The notes beneath the pieces were generated by a model, which searched no databases, was not told the DNA's origin, and saw nothing but the letters and a program-made list of their open reading frames with translations. Below are positions 10,965-20,371 of a stretch of 64,000 bases of DNA, one piece after another; the first letter of the stretch is position 1, and each line of letters begins with the position of its first letter. Made by a program: the position numbers and the translations under genes. The stretch spans positions 5,540 to 69,539 of the forward strand of contig CACWWC010000009.1 in the NCBI GenBank assembly GCA_902764545.1, written 5' to 3'. This stretch comes from an uncultured Erysipelotrichaceae bacterium. Lineage in GTDB: Bacteria > Bacillota_I > Bacilli_A > RF39 > UBA660.

Positions 10965-11738
10965 CTATTTTTTTGTTAAATAAAATCCTTTTGTGCTTTC
11001 TTCCATTTTAAAAATAATCTTTCCATGTGAAACTCCAAATTCTGGAATTATAATTTTTTTATCTTTTGTATTTGATAAATTTAAAAAGTTCTGTTGATAC
11101 TCATTTAAATTATCTTTTGGAATAGGTATATTAAAGGCATTTTCGATTGTTTCATTAGTTATATTAAAACTTTTAGGTGCTGAAAATGTTATTGTATTGT
11201 CCATAACATTGTAGACTGCATATACTATGTAACTAGATTGTGATGTTCTTTCTATAAACTCCATAATTATTCTATCTGAATAAACATCGATATTGTCATT
11301 TGCACTATAAGAATATAGTGGATTATTTATAAAAAATCTTCTTACAAATTCATCATCTACCAAATTATGATAAATGTCTTGAAACATGTTTTGATTATTA
11401 TCTGGAATGACAATATCTATTTTTTTGTTCATTATATACATTCTATCACTATTGTCTCTAACTACTTTACCAGTTTCTATAGAATCCAAATTTCCATTAA
11501 AAAAAGTCTTTAATCTTCTAACTTTTCCACAAAAAGTAGTATCATTATAATTAATGTCACAAAATACCTCTGGCTTAGTAAAAGAGCTTGCAATTCTATA
11601 CTTAATACTCTTAACATTTTTATTTTCTTCAATTTGTGTTAAAGAGCTTAAATCTTTTAATTTTTCTTCTAATTGCTTCAACTTATCTTTAAGTGAAAGT
11701 ATAATTTGTTTACTATTATAATTATTCATATTTTCCAC
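10965..11738 (-). CDS. hypothetical protein (257 aa) with N-terminal coiled coil; intact member of the tandem paralog family
   Basis: Shares the VVRDNxxRxYI, IIIPEF and KGxYLxKK blocks with the 10180-10950 copy. Confidence 0.55.
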   Translation of the reverse strand: MENMNNYNSKQIILSLKDKLKQLEEKLKDLSSLTQIEENKNVKSIKYRIASSFTKPEVFCDINYNDTTFCGKVRRLKTFFNGNLDSIETGKVVRDNSDRMYIMNKKIDIVIPDNNQNMFQDIYHNLVDDEFVRRFFINNPLYSYSANDNIDVYSDRIIMEFIERTSQSSYIVYAVYNVMDNTITFSAPKSFNITNETIENAFNIPIPKDNLNEYQQNFLNLSNTKDKKIIIPEFGVSHGKIIFKMEESTKGFYLTKK

Positions 11739-11739
11739 T

Positions 11740-12570
11740 TCACTTTATTTCATCATAATATTTTAAAAAGCTTTCATACTCTCCATTTCTTTTAGTACCT
11801 ATTGTACAATTTAAATTTACATTGTCAAGTGCTTTATAAATATTATAATCAACATTAGGATTTGATTTTTTCATTTGTTTAATTAAGTTTTTAATTTCCT
11901 TTCTTTTACTTGAATTATTTTCATCATAAAATGTTTCCGATGTAAACTTACAAGCACAATTTATAAAATTTAAGCTATTGTATTTTGCCCATGATATAAC
12001 GCTTTCTTCTTTTACAAGATACATTGGTCTTATTAGTTCTAGTCCTTCAAAGTTATCACTATGTAATTTGGGCATCATTGTTTTAATTTCTGCTCCATAA
12101 AACATAGATAGTAGTGTAGTTTCTATTACATCATCAAAATGATGCCCAAGGGCAATTTTATTACATCCTAGTTCTTCAGCCTTACTATATAGACATCCTC
12201 TTCTCATTCTAGCACATAAATAACATGGGCTTTTATCTACTTGATCTACTATATCAAATATATCGCTTTCAAATATTTCTAAATTAATATTTAATATTTT
12301 TGCGTTTTTTTCAATCAATTCTCTGTTTTGTTTATTATATCCAGGATCCATGCAAACATAATGTGCTTCAAAAGGATATTTACCATGTCTTTTTAATTCT
12401 TCAATACACTTAGCTAACAGAAATGAATCTTTCCCGCCTGAGATGCAAACCATAATTTTGTCATTTTCTTTAATAAGTTCAAACTCTTGAACAGCTTTCA
12501 CAAATTTAGACCATATATCTTTTCTAAACTTTTTTATAATACTTCTTTCTATTTCTTGATATTTTTCCAT
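11740..12570 (-). CDS. ttcA: tRNA 2-thiocytidine biosynthesis protein TtcA family (PP-loop ATPase)
   Basis: SGGKDS PP-loop, CYLCARMRRG, ALGHHFDD and a C-terminal Cys cluster. Colinear with E. coli TtcA. Confidence 0.7.
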   Translation of the reverse strand: MEKYQEIERSIIKKFRKDIWSKFVKAVQEFELIKENDKIMVCISGGKDSFLLAKCIEELKRHGKYPFEAHYVCMDPGYNKQNRELIEKNAKILNINLEIFESDIFDIVDQVDKSPCYLCARMRRGCLYSKAEELGCNKIALGHHFDDVIETTLLSMFYGAEIKTMMPKLHSDNFEGLELIRPMYLVKEESVISWAKYNSLNFINCACKFTSETFYDENNSSKRKEIKNLIKQMKKSNPNVDYNIYKALDNVNLNCTIGTKRNGEYESFLKYYDEIK

Positions 12571-12626
12571 AGACTCAGCTCCTAGGTATATTTTATCATT
12601 AAAAGATGCCTATTACTATAAAAAAA

Positions 12627-12645
12627 GTAAGCATGTATGCTTACC
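12627..12645 (-). terminator. rho-independent terminator (GTAAGCAT-GT-ATGCTTAC plus T-run on the minus strand)
   Basis: Perfect 8-bp inverted repeat followed by a T-tract. Lies downstream of glmS and the small ORF. Confidence 0.6.
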
Positions 12646-12650
12646 TTTTA

Positions 12651-12788
12651 CTATCTCATATTATTGTTATTACCATTAAATCCCCAGAATAGGAAAAAGA
12701 TAATTATAATAACTATAAATATTGCCCACCAACCATTAAATCCATCGTTGTTCTGATTCATTGGGTATGGGTATGCATATCCACACAT
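12651..12788 (-). CDS. small hydrophobic Tyr/Gly/Asn-rich protein (45 aa), YjcZ-like
   Basis: Not in the ORF track. AGGAGA RBS sits 6 nt before the ATG. Peptide is MCGYAYPYPMNQNNDGFNGWWAIFIVIIIIFFLFWGFNGNNNNMR. A terminator hairpin follows immediately. Confidence 0.4.
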   Translation of the reverse strand: MCGYAYPYPMNQNNDGFNGWWAIFIVIIIIFFLFWGFNGNNNNMR

Positions 12789-12836
12789 AAACATTCTCCT
12801 TTCATGATATTATATTGAGAATATTTATGCTTGACA

Positions 12837-14612
12837 CTACTCTACGGTAACTGATTTTGCTAAGTTACGAGGTTTATCTATGTCTAATCCTCTAGAATCC
12901 GCCGTAAAATAACCTATTAATTGTAGTGGTGGAACAATTAAAATTGGTTGAAAATAATCTGATATTTTTTCAACAACATATTTAAAATGGTGTGTTTTTA
13001 AAGTTTTATCATTAGTTATTGTATAAACTTGTGCCTTTCTAGCTTCTACTTCTATAACATTAGATTCCGTTTTATCTTTTATCTTTTTATCTGTGATGAT
13101 TGCGAAAACTGGCATTCCATCTTCAATTAAAGATATAGTTCCATGTTTTAATTCACCGGCTTGATAGGCATCACTGTGAATATATGATACTTCCTTTAAT
13201 TTTAGACTTCCTTCTTGACACATTGAATAGTCTATACCTCTACCGATGAAGAAGGCATCATCTTTGTGCATTAATTCTTTTCCAACTACCTTAAATATAT
13301 TTTTATCATTTAAAACTTTTTTTAGTTTTTCTGGCAATAATTTTGCTTCTTGTAATATATCATCATATTCCTTTTCAAGTCCTTTTTTATTTGCTGCTTT
13401 AAGTGCAATGAGTGAGAACATTGCAACTTGAAGCAAATAGGCCTTTGTAGTTGCAACTGCAATTTCAGGTCCCGCTTCAATAAATAACTGATATTTTGCT
13501 TCTCTTGCAATGGTTGAAGTTTTAACATTAACTATAGCCAGTGTCTCAATACCACATTCATGTGCTTTTCTCATCGCAGCAATTGTATCAGCAGTTTCTC
13601 CAGATTGTGATACTAAAATTACTAATGTTTTTCTATCATAGATAACTTTTTTATATCTGTATTCGCTTGCACATTCTGTAATACATTTAATATTAGCTTT
13701 TTCTTCTAGAAGGTTCTTTCCAATCATTCCTGCATATAAAGCTGAGCCACAGGCTACTATATGAATTTCATCATAATTAGATACATCAAAAATATCATCC
13801 ATTTTATTAATATATTTATTAATGGTTCTTTGCAATACAATTGGTTCTTCCATAATTTCTTTTAGCATAAAATGTTTATAATTACCCTTATTTGCTTCTT
13901 CTATAGACATTGTTGATATTTCGATTTTTTTACTTATCTTTTTTCCATTCTTGTATACGTTTACTCCATCTTGACTTAGTTCAACAATTTCATTATCTTC
14001 AAGTAATATATATTTATCGGTATATTTTATAATGGCTGCAATATCAGATGCAATGAAGTTTTCATGAGTTCCAATCCCTACTATTAGCGGAGAATCTTTC
14101 CTTACTGCATATAATTTATTTTGATCGTTAAAAATAATGCCAAATGCGTATGATCCATTTAGAAGTTCCATTGCCTTGGTTATTGCTTCTATTGGATCTT
14201 TTTGATAACAGTTGTTTATTACTGCTGCTGCTACTTCTGTATCTGTCTCACCTTTAAAGATTAGATTTTTGTTGATTAATTCTTCTTTTAGTTCTCTTTC
14301 ATTTTCTATTATTCCATTATGAACTATTGTGACTTTTCCAAATTGGTGGGGATGAGCATTTGTCTCATTTGCTTCTCCGTGCGTTGCCCATCTAGTGTGT
14401 GCAATTCCCAGTTTTGACTCTATTAAAGAACTATTCTCAACTTTCTTTTCTAAATCACTTATCTTACCTTCGCTTTTTATAATTTGGATATTATCTTGAG
14501 ATTTTATAGCAATACCACTTGAGTCATATCCTCTATACTCTAGCTTATTTAAACCTTCTAGAAGTATTTCTGTTGTTTTTCTATCACCTACATATCCAAC
14601 AATTCCACACAT
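12837..14612 (-). CDS. glmS: glutamine--fructose-6-phosphate aminotransferase (isomerising)
   Basis: N-terminal MCGIVGY Ntn-amidotransferase start, two SIS domains and the C-terminal …SVTVE ending, 591 aa. Confidence 0.9.
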   Translation of the reverse strand: MCGIVGYVGDRKTTEILLEGLNKLEYRGYDSSGIAIKSQDNIQIIKSEGKISDLEKKVENSSLIESKLGIAHTRWATHGEANETNAHPHQFGKVTIVHNGIIENERELKEELINKNLIFKGETDTEVAAAVINNCYQKDPIEAITKAMELLNGSYAFGIIFNDQNKLYAVRKDSPLIVGIGTHENFIASDIAAIIKYTDKYILLEDNEIVELSQDGVNVYKNGKKISKKIEISTMSIEEANKGNYKHFMLKEIMEEPIVLQRTINKYINKMDDIFDVSNYDEIHIVACGSALYAGMIGKNLLEEKANIKCITECASEYRYKKVIYDRKTLVILVSQSGETADTIAAMRKAHECGIETLAIVNVKTSTIAREAKYQLFIEAGPEIAVATTKAYLLQVAMFSLIALKAANKKGLEKEYDDILQEAKLLPEKLKKVLNDKNIFKVVGKELMHKDDAFFIGRGIDYSMCQEGSLKLKEVSYIHSDAYQAGELKHGTISLIEDGMPVFAIITDKKIKDKTESNVIEVEARKAQVYTITNDKTLKTHHFKYVVEKISDYFQPILIVPPLQLIGYFTADSRGLDIDKPRNLAKSVTVE

Positions 14613-14624
14613 ATTTATAATTCC

Positions 14625-14780
14625 TCCAGTTTATTTTTAGTAATGATATATTTTTTGTTATAATATTGATTTTATTTTTTGTAATATATCTTTCGAATAA
14701 CTTATCCGTAGTAGCATCCGCCGAATTTTCGATTAACTACTAACCTCGTCAACTCTTAATAGTTCTGGCGCTTAACAATT
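14625..14780 (-). ncRNA. glmS ribozyme (GlcN6P-responsive self-cleaving riboswitch) in the glmS 5' UTR
   Basis: Minus-strand RNA AAGCGCCAGAACU…GACGAGG…UUAAUCGAAAAUUCGGCGGAUGC matches the conserved glmS ribozyme core. It lies directly upstream of glmS. The region is locally GC-richer. Confidence 0.75.
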
Positions 14781-14844
14781 ATTACAACCTTTCTTATAAT
14801 TGTTATATAATAATTATACATAAAATTAAAAAAGATGACAAATT

Positions 14845-16002
14845 TTATCTTAGTATGTCATCTTTAATAATAATATAGTTTAGTTTTTCACTCTTATTTT
14901 TTCTCTTTTTTATTAGTACATCTTCTTTTTCAGCTTCATCTACTATATCTTCATAATCACTTTTTATTTTATTTATTTGTGTTAATAGTTCTTTTTCTTC
15001 TCTTGAGATGGTATTGTTTCTGTTTTTATTTTGTAGTTCTTTTAGATTTGCATTTGCTCCAACAATTTCTACAGATGTTTTATTATCTTTAAAGTATATA
15101 TATTTATATTCATTATTGTCTTTAAGTTTAAAGTAAACGTCATATGATTTAGTTGTGTTTGTTACTCTAACTTGGCATACCGCTTCGTCTAATTCTCCAT
15201 TAATGTTTTTTTCAGATAATAGTCTATTACTATATTTTGTCATTGACTCACAATTTGCTTTATTTTCACTGTTTTCTTGCCAAAACTTTCTGTTTTCGAA
15301 ATTCAGATGGAAACTGTAATATGTAAATATCATAATAATTAAGAATAGTGCGAAAATCACTAGAGTAACAATTATATTTACTCCACCTTTTTCTTTACAG
15401 ATTTCTTCTATATTAAAATCATCAGTTCCGTAGTTCTTCTTTTTAATTATCGATATTCTTATATGTATATATAATCTATAAATCCAATTAAAAGTTAGTC
15501 CTGATATAATCATGACTGCTGGAATATAATAAATTAAATCATTTGGAAATAATCTGATTATTATTCCTGTTAGAATTAATCCCAATGTACCTATTATGTA
15601 CATTTTTCTATATATAAAGTAGATCCAACTTAGAAGCAATGCATAGATATTGATTGGTCTTCTAATTACCCATTTATAATCTTCTCCAATAAATGCTTCT
15701 CTGAAACGTTCTTCCTGAAAGTTACCTAATTTTTTACCCTGATCATTATTTCTTATATCGATGTTTGTATTATTTATTAGATTTAGTTGAACGTCATCTT
15801 CTTCTCTTTCCTCTTCATAATCCTCATCTAAGTAGTCATCATCTTCTTCTTTTTCTTCATCAAATAGATCATTATTTTGTGGTTCTTCTATTTCAAATCC
15901 TTCAATATCTGGGTTATTATAATATCCACATACATTACAGAAGTTTTCTCCTTCTTTTAACCTCTTTCCACATTTTCTACATAGCATAGGTTTACCCTCC
16001 AT
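14845..16002 (-). CDS. zinc-ribbon domain membrane protein (385 aa)
   Basis: N-terminal CRKCGKRL…CNVCG zinc ribbon, an acidic linker, two or three TM helices and a C-terminal extracellular domain. Confidence 0.5.
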   Translation of the reverse strand: MEGKPMLCRKCGKRLKEGENFCNVCGYYNNPDIEGFEIEEPQNNDLFDEEKEEDDDYLDEDYEEEREEDDVQLNLINNTNIDIRNNDQGKKLGNFQEERFREAFIGEDYKWVIRRPINIYALLLSWIYFIYRKMYIIGTLGLILTGIIIRLFPNDLIYYIPAVMIISGLTFNWIYRLYIHIRISIIKKKNYGTDDFNIEEICKEKGGVNIIVTLVIFALFLIIMIFTYYSFHLNFENRKFWQENSENKANCESMTKYSNRLLSEKNINGELDEAVCQVRVTNTTKSYDVYFKLKDNNEYKYIYFKDNKTSVEIVGANANLKELQNKNRNNTISREEKELLTQINKIKSDYEDIVDEAEKEDVLIKKRKNKSEKLNYIIIKDDILR

Positions 16003-16086
16003 CTATTTATTATTATATCTTATATAGTTAGTTATTTTTTTAATAGTTACTTGTTTTATGTCAAATTTGTGTAAAAAAGAAACAGT

Positions 16087-17076
16087 TTAGACTGTTTCTT
16101 CAGATAATTTTTCAAAGTCCCCTTGAATGTTTTTTCTATATTCTTCAATCTGATCTGCAAACACTGTATCAAACTGTGGCATGGATTTCTTTATAACATC
16201 TGGATATATATTTTTGCTGTTCATTATGGCTTGTTTGATATCTAGTATGTTTACTTCTCTTCTATTATCAAATAACGCATTAGAAAATGCCTGTTGGACT
16301 ATTGTTAAAGATACATCTGGATATCTAGACCCTATTTCATAAATTCTTTTAAATTCACTGGTAATATCTGTTATAAATTCCATTATTTTTCTTTGAATAA
16401 ATGGTGTATACATTAATTTTGCACCTGTTCGTATTTCTATTTTTGGTAGTGTTCCAATTAGTATTTGAATATTTTCTTCTCTAGTTGGTTCAAATAATTC
16501 TACTTTTTGGAAACGTCTTACAAATGCTTTATCTCTTAAAATATATCTCTCATATTCTTCGGTTGTAGTAGCTCCTATTACTTTTATATCTCCTCTATCT
16601 AATGCTGGTTTAAACATATTAGCAAAGTCAAGCGCTTCACCTTTTGTACCCATCAATGTATGTATTTCATCAATAAATAATATAAGTTTTGTTTTGTCTT
16701 TTAATTCATCAATTAAAGTTTGGACTTTAGATTCTCCCGTTATGGGATCAACACCTAATAGAGCTGCTGTATTTAATTTAATTACTTGATAACCTTTTAG
16801 TACATCTGGTACTTCATTTCTTTGTATTCTATAGGCTAGGCCTTCTACTGTTGCTGTTTTACCAACACCTGGCTTACCTATTAATACTGCTGACTTATCA
16901 GGTGTAAGTAATATTAATATTAGCTGTTTGATTTGTTCATCTCGACCTATTGCAGGGTTTGTAATATAATCATTTTTTTGGAAGTTTTCACCATAGTTTT
17001 CTAACATGCTTATTCTTTTTGATTTTATATCAAACTTTTCATTTGTGTTATTATTAAATAGTTCTTCTTGCTTCAT
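16087..17076 (-). CDS. AAA+ ATPase, stand-alone ClpA/ClpB D1-like domain (329 aa)
   Basis: GRDEQIKQLILIL…LIGKPGVGKTATVEGLAYRI…VP matches the Clp/Hsp100 D1 Walker A region. No second AAA domain and no N-domain. Confidence 0.65.
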   Translation of the reverse strand: MKQEELFNNNTNEKFDIKSKRISMLENYGENFQKNDYITNPAIGRDEQIKQLILILLTPDKSAVLIGKPGVGKTATVEGLAYRIQRNEVPDVLKGYQVIKLNTAALLGVDPITGESKVQTLIDELKDKTKLILFIDEIHTLMGTKGEALDFANMFKPALDRGDIKVIGATTTEEYERYILRDKAFVRRFQKVELFEPTREENIQILIGTLPKIEIRTGAKLMYTPFIQRKIMEFITDITSEFKRIYEIGSRYPDVSLTIVQQAFSNALFDNRREVNILDIKQAIMNSKNIYPDVIKKSMPQFDTVFADQIEEYRKNIQGDFEKLSEETV

Positions 17077-17148
17077 TTTATCACTTCCTAATCTACACTA
17101 TTATATCATAGTTTATTTTTTATATGTATATAAAATACAATGTATTAT

Positions 17149-18219
17149 TTATATTTTATCTATTTTATCAATAAAGTTATTCATATAATTTTGTTTTTGT
17201 TTCATTTCAGTTTCATCATTTTTTAATTCTACTATTTTGTCAAATGAATAGTTATTAATAAGATTATGCCATGCAGTGTTAATGCATGTTCTTGAAATAA
17301 TTATATTGCCTTTCAAAACAGATAAATCTTTTGTACAATAAAAATAATTACTCTTTATAATTAATGCCTTGTTACATCCTTTATAGTACTGTAATAACCT
17401 TTTATAGATATAGTCAAATGAATTTTTTAAGTTCAGTTCTTTTTTATTATCTTTATAAATATATTTATACAATTTTCTATTTTTATTCATTGATAAATCA
17501 TCTATATCTATTACAATATATTCATTATTATAATTTGCATTAAATAACTCACTTTTATCACTTCCGGGCAATCCAGTTAAATTAATTATATTCTCTTCTG
17601 ATATATATTTAATATAGGGATCTTTGTCAATATCATCAGTAATATATAAATCTTCTTTTCTGAAAAGTTCCTTCAAAAATTCTTCTTTATTTAAAGTATA
17701 ATTGACGCATTCTTCTTCTTTTTCTTTAAATGTATATTTGACCTTTCTTGTACTGTTTTGTTTTTTAAATCCCAATTTTTCCATTAAAAGATAACTTGGA
17801 GGATTATTTTTGGATGCACATGTTTCTATTTTTGAAATACCAACTTCAATAAACATATATTTTAAAATTTCTCTTGTGGCTTCAAAGCAATATCCTTTTC
17901 TTTGATATTTACTGTCTATGAACCATCCTATGTCTTTAACATCTTCTATTTCAGTATCAACTATATCGATTTGTCCAATAACTTCATGTCTTTTTGTTTC
18001 TATTGTCCATCTAAAGACATCTTTGTTATCTGCTTTAGCCAACTTTTTATATTGCCACTGTTTTTCTTTTTCCCAATCATCGTGAATTACGCTTGTTAAA
18101 TATAGATTTGATATTTCCTTTTTTAAAAGAATACTCCAAAGTATTTTTAGATCTTTTTCTTCAGTTTTATGTAGAAACAATCTTTCTGTTTCTAAACTTT
18201 TACTTCCTAAATATTTCAT
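17149..18219 (-). CDS. GNAT-family N-acetyltransferase fused to a C-terminal P-loop kinase-like domain
   Basis: RimJ/RimL-like GNAT core (…QRKGYCFEATREIL…). Residues ~200-356 contain the Walker-A-like GLPGSDKS. Confidence 0.5.
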   Translation of the reverse strand: MKYLGSKSLETERLFLHKTEEKDLKILWSILLKKEISNLYLTSVIHDDWEKEKQWQYKKLAKADNKDVFRWTIETKRHEVIGQIDIVDTEIEDVKDIGWFIDSKYQRKGYCFEATREILKYMFIEVGISKIETCASKNNPPSYLLMEKLGFKKQNSTRKVKYTFKEKEEECVNYTLNKEEFLKELFRKEDLYITDDIDKDPYIKYISEENIINLTGLPGSDKSELFNANYNNEYIVIDIDDLSMNKNRKLYKYIYKDNKKELNLKNSFDYIYKRLLQYYKGCNKALIIKSNYFYCTKDLSVLKGNIIISRTCINTAWHNLINNYSFDKIVELKNDETEMKQKQNYMNNFIDKIDKI

Positions 18220-18220
18220 A

Positions 18221-18448
18221 TTACATATCTCTTAAATATTTCATATAATCAATCTGCATTAACTTATTTGTGTTTTCTTTTATTTCAGCTAATAGTTTCT
18301 CTTTAATATTTAATGCTAACGATAAATCTTCTTTCGAAATATCTCCTGTTTCATATGCATTATATAATTCATCTTCATCAAGAAATAATTTAATTTGATA
18401 TTTTTCTGCTTCATTTAAGTAAGTATTTGTAATTAGTTTTTTTTTCAT
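18221..18448 (-). CDS. hypothetical protein (75 aa)
   Basis: ORF track. Its 4-nt overlap with the upstream gene suggests translational coupling. Confidence 0.4.
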   Translation of the reverse strand: MKKKLITNTYLNEAEKYQIKLFLDEDELYNAYETGDISKEDLSLALNIKEKLLAEIKENTNKLMQIDYMKYLRDM

Positions 18449-18795
18449 GAAATCAACTCTTTATATTCATTTTCTTTATAACCAACTATAATTTTATCTT
18501 CTGTTATTAATAGTGGTCTTTTTATTAGCATACCGTCACTACTTAGAATTTCTATCTTTTCGTCATCATTTATAGATTGAAGCTTTTCTTTTAAATTTAG
18601 TTCCCTATATTTCATTCCGCTTGTATTAAATAATTTTTTAATATCAAGATTATATTTTTTTATCCATTTTTTTAATTCTTCTTTTGTAGGATTATCTTCT
18701 ACTATATGTCTGTTTTCATACTTTATGTTATTATCGTCTAAATATTTTTTTGCTTTTTTGCAAGTAGAACATTTTGGATACTCTATAAATAACAT
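18445..18795 (-). CDS. ArsC/Spx-family protein (thioredoxin-like fold, CxxC)
   Basis: 116 aa. N-terminal YPKCSTCKKAKKYL with the Cys pair is characteristic of the ArsC/Spx/YffB family. Confidence 0.6.
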   Translation of the reverse strand: MLFIEYPKCSTCKKAKKYLDDNNIKYENRHIVEDNPTKEELKKWIKKYNLDIKKLFNTSGMKYRELNLKEKLQSINDDEKIEILSSDGMLIKRPLLITEDKIIVGYKENEYKELIS

Positions 18796-18806
18796 TTTAT
18801 CACCTC

Positions 18807-19874
18807 TTATTTTTTTCTATTTCTCAAATATTCTATAAAACCTTCTATTAGATATTTTTTTTCTTCTTTTATCCATGAAATTTTATTTAATAATTTGATT
18901 GCTTCATTATATAGTTCATTCATCATATCATTGGCATAATCATATGATTTTGATTTTATTAGGATTTCTTTTACTTTATCGATATCTTCATCTGTTAAAT
19001 TTTCATTTCCATAATATTTTATAAATTCATCTTTATACTTTGTGTTTACTACATGTGAATAGAGAATTGTTTGTTTAAATTCTTTAATATCTGATCCTTT
19101 ATTTCTTTTCATTTCATTAGGAAAAATGCCTAAAATATCATCTTGAATTTGAAAAGCTATTCCAACTTTTTCTCCAAATTTTTCGATATCTTTAATCATA
19201 TCTTCTGTTCCACCTGCGAGAATAATCCCTACTGACATTGGACCAATAATTGTATAATGTGATGTTTTTAATCTATATATCTCTAGAATTGTTTCTTCTA
19301 AACCTTCTTTATCAAATAAATTGTATTTGCTTTCAAAAGGAAGAATAGTATCAAGTATTTCACCTTTAATTGTTGTTATAATTGTTTCATTAAAGTTTTT
19401 TAGTACTTTTCCAAGATTATTATCATTCATATAATTATCAACTATTATCTTATTTGCTTCAAATAATCCATAATCACCAATGCATATTGCAATTGACTCA
19501 CTTAAATGTTTTGCTTCTTTTGAATACTTTTTATATTTATTGTAGTTTGCATAGTGTACTGTATCTTTGCCCCTTCTCTTATCATCATTATCAATGATAT
19601 CATCATGGGCTAATATTGCCGTTTGGGCAACTTCATATGCAACTGATAAGCCTAGTGAATAATCATTATCATCCTTCAATAAATGATATCCTAAATTCAC
19701 TAATGTTCCTCTTACTAACTTACCTTCCGAATTTAGATTACTAAATAATTCTAAATTATATTTTATTAAATCATTATCTTGATGAATTATATTTCTATTA
19801 TATTCTGTTAATTTTTTATTAATCTTTTCTTTTGTCTCATTATAGTAATTTTTAAATATCTTTGTTGTATCCAT
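18807..19874 (-). CDS. polyprenyl diphosphate synthase (trans-isoprenyl diphosphate synthase family)
   Basis: First DDxxD motif in LAHDDIIDNDDKRRGK and second in FQIQDDILG. Confidence 0.75.
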   Translation of the reverse strand: MDTTKIFKNYYNETKEKINKKLTEYNRNIIHQDNDLIKYNLELFSNLNSEGKLVRGTLVNLGYHLLKDDNDYSLGLSVAYEVAQTAILAHDDIIDNDDKRRGKDTVHYANYNKYKKYSKEAKHLSESIAICIGDYGLFEANKIIVDNYMNDNNLGKVLKNFNETIITTIKGEILDTILPFESKYNLFDKEGLEETILEIYRLKTSHYTIIGPMSVGIILAGGTEDMIKDIEKFGEKVGIAFQIQDDILGIFPNEMKRNKGSDIKEFKQTILYSHVVNTKYKDEFIKYYGNENLTDEDIDKVKEILIKSKSYDYANDMMNELYNEAIKLLNKISWIKEEKKYLIEGFIEYLRNRKK

Positions 19875-19888
19875 AAATCCTCCTATTT

Positions 19889-20371
19889 TTAATTATCTTT
19901 ATTTATCATTTTTTCTTTAGAAAAAAATAAATTCAAAATAATAAGCAATGTTCCTATTGTAATACAAATGTCTGCAAAATTGAATACTGGAAAACTATAA
20001 TTAATTATTTTAAATGATAAATAGTCAATTACTCCTTTATGAATAATTCGATCTATTAAATTACCAAATATTCCACCCATTATTAATCCAAATGATAATA
20101 TATCTATTTTATTAAGACTATTTTGTTCTTTTCTAATATATTTGTCTAGTATTATTATAAAAATTACACTTATTATTATCAAAATGAATGTTGAATCTTT
20201 AAATAGTGAAAAAGCTGCTCCTGTATTTTTTAAATATAGAATTGAAAAAAAGTTCTTTATTATTATTATTTCATCATATAAATTCATATTATATTTTATT
20301 ATGATTTTTATAATTTGATCTAAAATTAGTAAAGTTGAAGCTATTTTATATATATTTTGTCTATTCTTCAT
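19889..20371 (-). CDS. lspA: lipoprotein signal peptidase (signal peptidase II)
   Basis: 160 aa, 4 TM, NTGAAFSL and FNFADICITIG motifs. Confidence 0.8.
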   Translation of the reverse strand: MKNRQNIYKIASTLLILDQIIKIIIKYNMNLYDEIIIIKNFFSILYLKNTGAAFSLFKDSTFILIIISVIFIIILDKYIRKEQNSLNKIDILSFGLIMGGIFGNLIDRIIHKGVIDYLSFKIINYSFPVFNFADICITIGTLLIILNLFFSKEKMINKDN

